From Gnetum montanum (Eukaryota; Plantae; Gnetophyta), in contig MNCI01003108.1 in the NCBI GenBank assembly GCA_015680685.1, positions 238,241-302,240 of the forward strand: a DNA stretch of 64,000 nucleotides, read 5' to 3'. The notes below the pieces were generated by a model. The model was not told the DNA's origin. It did no database searches and saw only the letters and a list, made by a program, of their open reading frames with translations. A program made the translations under genes and the position numbers. This document shows, one piece after another, positions 1-10,499 of the stretch (the first letter of the stretch is position 1; every line of letters begins with the position of its first letter).

Positions 1-194
1 TACATTCCCTTTTCTTCATAACCGCCAAAGTTTTAATTGTTAAATTCACATCCCTATCATTCAAAGTGCCTCTCAAATTCATGTAATTACCCTTGGATAC
101 ATTAATTCTTGTTAATGTCCTCATTTTACACATTAATTTCAAGAAAAATCATTAAAAATTCGATCTCTTTCTGGTGTCTTCCTATAGTTGAGAC

Positions 195-319
195 GAGATA
201 TTGCGTACGCAATATCGCGTCCCATGAGATATCACGTACGCAATATCGCGTCCCATGAGATATCGCGTACGCGATGTATCGTACGCGATATCGCGTCCCC
301 TGTTCCTATAAATAGGAAC
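195..319 (+). promoter_or_regulatory. Putative internal promoter: 31-bp tandem repeats of the GATATCGCGTACGCGATATC palindrome plus TATAAATA (307-314)
   Basis: Units at 195-225, 226-256 and 257-300; same motif and same motif-then-TATA order as the LTR U3 at 3705-3836; TATA lies within the inverted repeat GTTCCTAT-AA-ATAGGAAC. Confidence 0.6.
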
Positions 320-780
320 CCCCGCCGCAACACTTAGCTTCATTTGGCATTTACGCAGGGGGAAGTTTTTGAATTTTTTCTCTGCGGCTTGCGCTTGAGT
401 GACCCTTGCTTTTTTAGCTATATCTCGCGCGTTGGTACTCCGATTTGAATTCCGTTTGAACCTGCTTGAACCCGGAGTGTTCAGTTTAGTCGTGGGGGAG
501 AGACACTTGCCGAAAAGTGCCTAACTTTTTTGAAATTTTTCGTCGCCCAACGGACATCAATTAGGGTAATTAATACTAACACTTACACAAATTGTGCCAA
601 AAATAATACACCCTTAAGTATACCGGGATATTAAAACGAATATCCACCTAAGTCATAGGACCCATCATTATAATTTTTGGGCACGATCACACAATAATAA
701 ACGATCTTAATTAAGGCAAGTAGTAAGGTATAACTTGATTTCCTAAACAACCTTACTAATGCTGGCCCGTGTGATTGCAC

Positions 781-3510
781 ATGGCCCCGAAACGCTCCTA
801 GCAGAAGAGTCCAACACAAGGTGGAGCAAAAAAACCTAGGAGAGGTCGAAGGCAAGTCCCTGTCGGACAACATAATGAACAGGAGGTGCATTCATTCAGC
901 ATCCATCAAGATGAACCTCCTACTAGACGATTCGGGCAGGCGGAAGGAGGAGCTGCTGCGCCTGAACTGGGACAACAGCTCACGTTGCCCCCGGAATGTG
1001 TTCAGACTATTCACACGGAGTCCACAATCGCTTCAGTGATTGTGGAACTCAACTTCGAATCTTTTGCAGAGTTCGCTCCTGAGGCTGTTAGGGATCACCT
1101 CAAAGGGTCTTCCTTATGGCCCGTCCTCTCTGAACAAGCTGCCTGGTACTTAGGAGAAACGTACCTATTCTGGCACAATAAGGAGTAGGGCACCACGGTA
1201 AACATTGGTGGTGTGACAGTGGATTTTTCTTCACAGGCAATTTTGGAAGTGTTAAACCTTCCGAATTCAGGCCCCTACGTTGCTCAGTTATCCACCCGAT
1301 CAGACCCTGATGTGCGAAAGGATTGGCTAGAAAGGGCTTATGGCAGAGATAAAGCTTTTGGTGAGCTAACCACGGAAGAGAGAGTTTATTTTAAAATCGG
1401 AACCTATCACCTCTTCCCCACGAAAGGTTTAAAAAGAATATCAACGTACGCGACAAGAGGATGTGCAGTGTTGATGGGAAAGGTTAATGCTAACCTTCCT
1501 CATCTATATTTGACGGAGATCCTAAGGCGATTCGAAGAACGGAAGACAGGAAAAATGGCACTCCCTTTTTCCTGTCTTATCAGAAAACTGTGTTGTCAGG
1601 CTGGGATTCGAGGATATACAAATGACGTTTTCCGAAAGGCCCAAAATGCTTCTTACGCTGAATTGTTAAAGGCGCCAGCTCCAAGAAAGAGCACTGGCGA
1701 AGAGTTGGGACCAGATGAAGAAGATGAAGAACAAATGACTGGACCTCCTGCGACTCAACTTGCAGGACCCAGTCAACCTCCAGCCACAGGTCTTAGCCAA
1801 CAACAAGAAGCAGGACCCAGTACAGGCCAGGATCAGCCGCCGCCGCAAGACTATAGACCATCAATGACCCATTTGAGGGCCATTGCTGAGACGGTTAGTT
1901 GGGGAAGTCGTGATGACGCCAATCTCTTCCGTGTCATCGATGATGCCAACCAGCCTANNNNNNNNNNNNNNNNNNNNNNNNNNNNNNNNNNNNNNNNNNN
2001 NNNNNNNNNNNNNNNNNNNNNNNNNNNNNNNNNNNNNNNNNNNNNNNNNNNNNNNNNNNNNNNNNNNNNNNNNNNNNNNNNNNNNNNNNNNNNNNNNNNN
2101 NNNNNNNNNNNNNNNNNNNNNNNNNNNNNNNNNNNNNNNNNNNNNNNNNNNNNNNNNNNNNNCGGAACCTCAATGACTCCTGCTGAACATGAGGATGTAT
2201 TGGACAGACTGCTTCAAATAGGACAAGTTTTAACGTCCCTGTTTGACATCCCCCAGGATGTAACAGCAATTCAGTCAGACCTCATTTTGACAAAGGGGAA
2301 ACTGGTCATATCCGAAGTAAGGGCTAAGGATGCTGAGGCTGAAGTGCAGAAATTACAAGAGCAGCTCATCGCCTTACAAGCAGCACAGCGGGATCCCTTG
2401 TGATTGGTTCCCGCGGACCAGTTAAACAATTTTAAAACCGAGCAACTAACCAAACTAATTGCAGAAAATAAGAAGGTGGCAGAAGAAAAGGAGACGGCCA
2501 CTTGGGATGCCTCCGCAGAAAAGGCGCAAACTCATGCGCATCTTAAGGCACTCAAGACCTTGCAAGAAGAGAATAAGCAGTTGGTTGCAGATAACCTTCG
2601 GTTGACTTCTGTGGAAAAGCAAAAGAATGTTCTCGATGAGCACTTTCATTGGCTGCGAGAACAACTCATCCGAGTCAACCAAGATGTAAGCCGTTTAGCC
2701 AGAGAAAATCGGACCCTCTCAGTGGAGGAGGTACGCGCTATTCGGCAAAAATCAGCCATCGAGATTAGTGTGTGGCAGAATGAGGCTAAACGACATGAGA
2801 AGCTGAAGGAGCACTTCCGTGACCAGGTGGGGATGTATAAACAGATCCTGGAGACAGAGATCCATATGGCCAAAGCTCAAATCAACAACATCAGTGCCTA
2901 GCACACTGATTGGGGGGCCATTGTGGACACTTATGCCTATGCCCACCAGGCGGAAATTAAGAACCAGGACCTGCAGATCCAGGACTTAACTGAATACATG
3001 GAGTTGACAAACCTTCGATGTGCCAACCTGGCCATGTTAACAGCAAGATGCCCGAGGTCAGAGCTCGAGCAGCAGGTAGCTTCCACCCACATCAAATATG
3101 AGGCAGAATTTGCAGAATGAAAGAAGTTGGCTGAAAAACTAGATGTTGCAAATTCTGAACTCGCGGTGGTAAAAGAAAGCTACCAAGGACAGAAAGATAT
3201 GGCAACCGACTTGGCTCGATGGCTAGTAGAACTTCACGAATACAAAGACAGAGCCAGAGCCTACGAAGAGGAACGACGGGTGTTCGCAGCATGGTACGTC
3301 AAAGCTAATCAGATGTTCCCGCAACTACCTTGTCCGTGGGAAGTGCCGACTCCATCAAACATCGGAGCATCAGCATGGACAGCACAAAACCCTCGGACCA
3401 AAGAGGAGAAGCTCCAGGCTATTGTTCAGTGTCATCAACCTTCAAAGCTTGGAGCATGTGACAAGGGGAAAGCACCCATGGAGGAGCCACCGCCACCAGG
3501 AACTACATGA
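781..3510 (+). pseudogene. Retrotransposon 3' accessory (env-like position) ORF, ~909 codons: basic N-terminus, putative plant transposon protein (Transposase_32-like) domain, acidic/P/Q linker, long coiled coil
   Basis: ATG at 781 (MAPKRS); ORF-track pieces 886, 1213, 2404, 2923 and 3127 share one frame, separated only by single TAG/TGA codons (CAG/CGA deamination-type). Motifs 'VNIGGVTVDFSSQAILEVLNLP' and 'LPFSCLIRKLCCQAGI'; ends EEPPPPGTT*. N gap at 1958-2162. Confidence 0.8.
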
Positions 3511-3681
3511 GTTCCACATTTTTGTAGTTGTAGCATTTTTTCTTTGTGTTGTGTCTTCCCACACTGCGGCAATTGTCCATTTCTTTTTCTAGTTAATAAT
3601 CCCATACCTATCCACTGTGTAATCACTGAAGCTTGTTCTCTTTGTAACTCGAGGACGAGTTTTTATTCAGTCATGGGGGTA

Positions 3682-4357
3682 TGATGAGACGCGGTTTGCA
3701 CAAGCCGCGATATTGCGTACGTGATATCGTAGCCGATGAGATATCGCATCCCCCGCGATATCGCGTATGCGATATCGCGTCCTTCCCTACGATATCGTGT
3801 ACGCGATATTGCAGTCCACCACCATGTCTATAAATAAGAGGCGGCTCTCCCTTATTTGGGGATCCCAGTTTTGGTGTAGCGAAGCTCTGGCAGTTTGATC
3901 CCTCTATAGTTAGAATTTTTCCCGTGTCTGCCCGCAGTGTGATGAATGTAATTGTACGGTGTCTTTATTCGAGTGTGCCGTACTTGGACACGCACATGAC
4001 CGGCAATAAAGATCGAGATTACTTCATCATTGCAGCATTCACTTAGTTTATTTANNNNNNNNNNNNNNNNNNNNNNNNNNNNNNNNNNNNNNNNNNNNNN
4101 NNNNNNNNNNNNNNNNNNNNNNNNNNNNNNNNNNNNNNNNNNNNNNNNNNNNNNNNNNNNNNNNNNNNNNNNNNNNNNNNNNNNNNNNNNNNNNNNNNNN
4201 NNNNTTTCTTACCCTTTTCCTCTTAGCTTAGCTTAGTTAGTATTATTTTCCACTGCCTTCAGGAGTAACATAGATTAGAACACATCATACACCTCATCTA
4301 GACTAAACCATACGTGACATATGCAAAACTAGTTTAGATGGGAAGACAGCGAACTAA
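3682..4357 (+). repeat. 3' LTR of element A (family A), 3' end truncated
   Basis: Starts TGATGAG after the PPT; GCGATATCGC repeats, TATAAATA ~3829, AATAAA ~4005; homology to 9669-10490 stops before the CTCATCA terminus. Confidence 0.85.
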
Positions 4358-5478
4358 CGGTTCAAAGTTAGGAGAGTATGCATTGGCCAATGGACTCATA
4401 TGATGAATGGATGGGAATAACTTCTTCAAATCAAGCTTCTTTTCTAAAGGCTCTTTTACATGTCTGTATAAGTACTAAAGCTAAGGCTATGATACCTAAG
4501 TACTAAAGCTTGGGAACTTGAAAGAATTAGGTATCATGTCTTGATGATTACATTTTAAGTACTAAAGCTAAGGCTATGTGGTTTCTTTAGAACCTTGATC
4601 ATTTTTTATCCCATTACTTATAGTTCTAGAATCTTGAATCATGTCTTCAAACCTTTATATCAACCTAAACTTGGTTTTCTTATAGACAATCATGCAGCCA
4701 TCCATGTTGTGGTTTCTACAGTAGGATAGTCTATATGGCACAAAATGAGAATTGTCATGAGAACTATTTTTCTTATATATATCTTCATATTCCAACATTT
4801 TCAAATTGGGTTGGAATTAATATAGAAATGTCCATGGTAGAACTTCTTGTAAGACATAACATCAACATTCAAATCTTATAATTTTGTAAAGATGCATGAG
4901 TATCAGTATTCATGCTAGTACAAGTCACAGGTAGACATAGCAAATGTTGCCTTTCATTAGCTAGGGATCTTATAAGTACATCTTACATTGTGACTTTTAA
5001 ACTTAGATTTTCTCCTGATTCATTCCTTATCACAAGTATCATATACCTTGTCAAGATAAGGTTAGAAAAATTTGGTTGTAACTATATATTAAGGCAAACA
5101 GTCGAAAAAATCATCCAAGCTCTTTGAATTTCACTAATATAAAGAGAAAGTAATTACAGTAGAAGAGGTTGTAGGCTTTGACATAGATGATGGCTATGAC
5201 TTGCTAATATGAACATCTAAAAGGTTGTTTCTGAATCATGTCACATCTTCAAGAGTCTAGAGCATATGCTTTGAATTCTAAGTTCATTAAGAAAAAATAT
5301 CTAGGATGTTGTCTTATCCTTAAGACAACTACAAGTATCTCTACCATCAATAATACTACTAGCCAAGTGGGGATTTACTCAATTGGAAGAATAAAATTAC
5401 CAATAGTGGTAAAACCCATTGCCATGAAGGATGTCAACACCTAGCTAGAAATATCCCTACTAGTAACTAGATCCTTAT

Positions 5479-6271
5479 TGATGAGCCACGATATCGCGTA
5501 CACGATGTCACATTCGGCACGTGATATTGCGTCTTGCCTCATCTTCTATTAATAAGAGGCGGTGCCCTTGGTTCCATATAGTTAGACTTAGAACCTTAGC
5601 CAGATTCTTGTAGTTTTGTTATTCCAGAGTTAGAATTATTTCTGTGTGCCCGCAGTAGGAGTCATAGAGTGAACAAATCTTTATTTGAGCCATTTGTACC
5701 TGAGCACAATGTTGTGTACGGTAATAAAGATGAACTTTATGATAAACCTTGCAGCATACGGATTAAGCTAATTAGTAATTAATTATTTTTTAATTCTTTC
5801 CTAGTTAATTAATATCTCTCTCAACCTTCAACCCCCTTAGTTAAATACACTCAGTACAACCACTTCGAGCATGTGTGTAGCACTTGGTAACCCAGTGACG
5901 ATTAGCGTTTGGTAATCCCAGCAGCGTTGCACTGGTTCAAGATCTGTACAGCAAGTGGGAATGGATACTAGTGTTAGGAACAATTAGAAACTAGTTAATG
6001 AATAGTTAATGTAAGTTAGCCACTTAGTTCTCTCTCCCTCTCATTTATTAGCATAAGACATAAAAAATATAAAAGCTATAAAAATCATGTACCTCAAGCT
6101 TACTTAACCATACAACCGTGACAATACAAGTAAGTTTGGAAAGACAACGATTGATTAACCCTGAGTGTTCCATTAAGGCGCATAAGCACTTAGTCCTTGA
6201 AGTTCAACTGGATCATGCGTGAAATGCTCATATTCATATGGTTGAGTTTAGGGGTACCTCACCACTCATCA
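5479..6271 (+). repeat. Solo LTR, family A, TSD CTTAT
   Basis: TGATGAG...CTCATCA termini; CTTAT at 5474-5478 and 6272-6276. Confidence 0.95.
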
Positions 6272-6949
6272 CTTATGTATACTATGTCTAACAACCCATG
6301 TCTCCTAGTGGTTCTACCACACATACTCTTACTCATTACTATGACCCTTTGGAGTTCGTAAACTAATAACACTATAGATTAAATCACTCTCTTATGTTTT
6401 TCATCCTTATCAATGCTCTCAATAGCATGCTTCAAAACTACTACCACCTATTCCACTACCTATGAAAGGTGACCTAATCCCTATGGATACCATATCCAAC
6501 AACTTGTATCACCTAGTGGCTCTACCATACTTGTCTCTACTCATCATTATTATCCTCCTAAGTAATAGAGACCTACCACTCCACATGCTAAATATCCTTC
6601 TTCTTATGCTTCTCCTCATCACCAATATCCTCAATCTCATGTTTCAAGTTCTTTGTCACTTACTCTAGCAATGCAAGGTGAAATCCCTCCTTAGCCACAA
6701 TTGTGGAACAACAAATGAGCCATGAAAATGACAACTCAAGTCATTCCAAGTGTAAGTCTTGAAAATGTTGCTTATTTAGTTTGGCTAATCCACCTAAACC
6801 TTCATAAGCATCCATGGTTATGGACCCCATACTAACAACCTTCTAGATGTCATTTGAGCCTTTAAGCCAAAGTTCCTCAAATGTGCAAATTATCATGTTA
6901 ACCCATGAAGTTATTAATTAGATAAAAGAAAAAAACCTTTCCAAAAAAA

Positions 6950-7300
6950 TGGATCTAAGCAGTCTCCTAATTTACTTGCAGATCACAAGAATGCAACATG
7001 CAAAACTTTACTAGACTTAGGTTTTAGAGCCAATTTAATTCCTTAGAGGATGTATAAAGCATGGAACCTACCACCACTCAAAAAGTACAATGTATTGCAA
7101 ACTAGTTCATCACTGTTGCTTTAGAATTAGTAGAAGACATAGTGATCACCATTAGTGATTAGTCATACCATGTAGATTTTCTAGTGATCCATGTGGATAA
7201 CTATAAAGGAAAACTCCCCATCATTATGGGAATGGCTTGGTTGAGTACAATTGATGCTAAGTTAGGAATTAGGGACCTATCCTTAAGAAGAGATTTCCAT
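6950..7300 (+). pseudogene. Athila-type aspartic protease remnant (element D)
   Basis: 'LLDLGFRANLIP', 'VDFLVIHV', 'LPIIMGMAWLSTIDAKL'. Confidence 0.8.
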
Positions 7301-7756
7301 GCATCATGTATAATGACATAGGGTGCAACTGCATGTAAAAAATATGAGTAGTTAGAAGCAAAACTACCGTAATATGTAGATCATGTGATGAATCAAAAAG
7401 TGTGTAAAAGTGTCTATACATAGCAACCCAAAACTAGGAGGTAATCTAGTGGTTGATTTCAAATAAATGCAATAATTCCATCATATGCATGAAACCACAA
7501 AAAGCCCTTACAAGTGCATACATCAATAGAATGGATGAAATAGAATAGCTCAGAAGCTAACTCTTTGATGTAAAAAATGTACAAGAAGTAGAAATGAATT
7601 GGTGAGAGTTAGAGATTTCAAAGACATTTAAACTAGAGCCTCTTGAACTAAAAAAATTATGAGAATCACTTGAATACATGTTCTTGAAGAATGGAAAACT
7701 AGTAATTATGAATGTCTAGCTTACATAATAATAAAAGTAGAAGTTGCTAATTGTGG

Positions 7757-8965
7757 TGGTCACTCATTCAATGGCATTTTGTAAGTCCATTATAAGCTTT
7801 GAACTCATGTCCTATGTTTGTAGTTCTAGAGTGTGCAATTGAGCTTATTACACCTAGGTTTGCATCATTTCCACCTATGTCACACTTCTAAGTTTGTACA
7901 TGTTTTGAGTTTTTTAGAACATTTTCAGCTTTGTTTGAGCATCCTAGGATCCTGTTGATATGTTTCTTATTATTTTAGCTTTCATCTGGTACTAGTGGTG
8001 AGAACTGTAGTTTGGGATTATGTTGACTACCTTGTGTTAGTGTAAGCACACTAACACACCTATCTATTAGGCCTACTTTGACCACTTTTCTCATAATGTG
8101 ATTCAAGCTAGCCTAGGATACATTGATAGAACTTCATTGATGCCTGGGTGATAGTGAACCTCTATCATTATCTCATAAAAACTATAAATACCTAAGATGA
8201 TCTCTCACATTCAAAAATTCATACTTAGATATTTTCATTTGTTTTTAACATATGGTTTGTGTAAAGAGCTCTTCTTCCCTTAGATAAGTTGATTTCCTTC
8301 CTATCTAGTATATATATTTTGAAACATCGCTTTCACAAGTAGAGTTAGACTCTATCAAAGTGCTACCTTGCTTACATGGTTTAGAATTATTTGGTTAAAG
8401 TAGAGTTTAGTATTTATGTGATGAATAAAGCTTATGATTTTATTTTCATTCTACCATTGATGCTTTAAACATTAAAATACTAAATATTTAATTAATTCTC
8501 ATTTTATCTAGTTATAATGATTCATCCTTATCCCAAGAGGTTATAACTATATGGCATGATGTTGGACCATTGAGGTTATGACTAAGAGCCATTTATTGAT
8601 TTTTGTCTACGGTGTTGCACCTATCCCATAATGGATTTTAACATGTGTGAGTGATTATGACCATTGCACATATTCCCATGAGAGATTGTGGTGCATGTGC
8701 TTTTCTTCTTATTTTATTCTTATATTCATAACATCCATGAAAATTATAATATATGAACTTATAAATACTCTATCCATTCCCACCATGATAACATAGATTT
8801 TCATTGTATGATATGTATTATAATCTCTTTTATATTTATTAAACACAATGATAGAAAAAAGTATTCTTGGAAATCCACTTCACATTATTTTCAAAGCTTA
8901 CTACTGGATTGCACCACATTCCATATGATATAATTTCATTTTCATAGCTCATGAGAACCCTATCA
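7757..8965 (+). repeat. 5' LTR of element B (family B)
   Basis: Colinear with 21349-22517; ends CCTATCA followed by the PBS; start decayed (+/- a few bp). Confidence 0.8.
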
Positions 8966-8985
8966 TTGGCATTATTTCCAGGGAA
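8966..8985 (+). other. Decayed tRNA-Asp-type primer binding site
   Basis: TTGGCATTATTTCCAGGGAA vs Athila consensus TTGGCGCCGTTGCCGGGGA; differences mostly transitions. Confidence 0.7.
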
Positions 8986-9668
8986 GGCATTAGTGAATTG
9001 CCTAGAAATACTTGTATATTTTTTATGTTAACATTTTTTCCAACCTAAGTATGTGTGTAGATTTTAAACACAAACAATATGGTGAAAAACACTTTAAGGC
9101 TACTAAGGATCTCTCGTGAAGGAAGTGTAAGAAAATGAAGAAGGAATTCTATGACATTTGAACACTTAGAGGATGTGATCCTACCATCGGTGATTTTGGC
9201 TTATCATCAAGATAACCAAGGGAGGTGGTGTAATGCTCATGGATGGTTCTCTAAAGGATTGACCAAGGTTGCATCATAGGATCTTAAAGATGCCTTGATT
9301 AACATTGGGCTAGAAGATGATCATGCATTCTACATAGCTCATGCACCAATGTATGATGAATATGAACTATATAAAGGAAAGAGCTCCTAAATCTAATAGT
9401 GGAAGAGGGTCATTCTACCTTTTCATTTGACTATTCAAATGAAAATGAGGATAATAAAATAAACAAGAAAGGAAAAGAGTCAATCCACCATGAATGTCCA
9501 TAATTAGAAACTTCTAATCAAAGTGTAGCTAGAAGCCATGATGATGATCTCTTCTCTAGGTTCAAGCATTTGCACTTATTCAGATCATCCAATGATGATT
9601 ATACCCCTTTGTTTAAATAGGATGATTATCATAAACTTAATGAATTTGTGCATATTCTAGAGGATCAT

Positions 9669-10490
9669 TGATGGGATGTGATATCACATGGGTCGCGATA
9701 TCGCGTCTTCCCCTGCGATATTGCGTACACGATATCACAGTCCGCTACAATGTCTATAAATAAGAAGCGGCTCTCCCTTGTTTAGGTATCTAGTTTTAGT
9801 TCCTTAGTGAAACTCTAGTAGTTTGATCCCTCCAGAGATAGAATTATTTTCCAGTGTTTGCCCACAGTGTGGTGAATGTAATTGTACGGCATCCTTTATT
9901 CGAGTGTGACGTACTTGGACACGCACATGACCGGCAATAAAGATTGATATTACTTCATCATTACAGCATTTACTTTGTTATTTATTTATTTATTTAATTA
10001 TTATTTACTGCTTTCTTAATTAGTCTCTCACCCTTATCTCCTAGTAATGTGGAATGAGTACGACTTGATTATGCGCATTTAAGTGTGACTACTTGGTAAC
10101 CTAGTGGCGTACCTAGGATCTGCGCTTGGTAATCCCAGTGGTAATCATGCATGAAGTCCAGGATGTGTATGAATGATCAAGGAATGGATGCTCATCGCAC
10201 TTAGGCTAGATTAGATTTTCTTACCCTTTCCCTCCTATCTTAGCTTAGTTAATATTACTTCCTATTGCCTTCAGGAGTAGCGGTTAGATTAGGAACACAT
10301 CATACACCTCACTCTAGACTAAACCATATGTGACAAATATAATACTAGTCCAGGTGGGAAGAAAATGAACTGTGACCTAAGGATAACTGTCTAGGTGCCA
10401 CAACTAGTCTGTTTGCGGAGTTCGATCGGATCGCGTGTGAGAACGCTCGTATTCGTATGGTTGAGTGTAGGGGTATCTCGCCACTCATCA
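9669..10490 (+). repeat. Solo LTR, family A, TSD ATCAT
   Basis: TGATGGG...CTCATCA; ATCAT at 9664-9668 and 10491-10495; closest to the element A LTR. Confidence 0.95.
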
Positions 10491-10499
10491 ATCATATTT

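Larger units (their letters stand above)
1..4357 (+). mobile_element. Element A: 3' part of an Athila-like Ty3/gypsy LTR retrotransposon (internal promoter, accessory ORF, PPT, truncated 3' LTR)
   Basis: Long accessory ORF 781-3510, PPT CAGTCATGGGGGTA directly followed by TGATGAG at 3682; LTR homologous to solo LTRs elsewhere in the window. Least decayed copy (CpG-rich). Confidence 0.85.

Noticed and set aside
781-3510. In-frame stops as programmed readthrough or U-to-C editing sites
   Set aside because: All are explained by CAG/CGA deamination in a methylated nuclear TE, and their positions are not evidently shared among the homologous copies.
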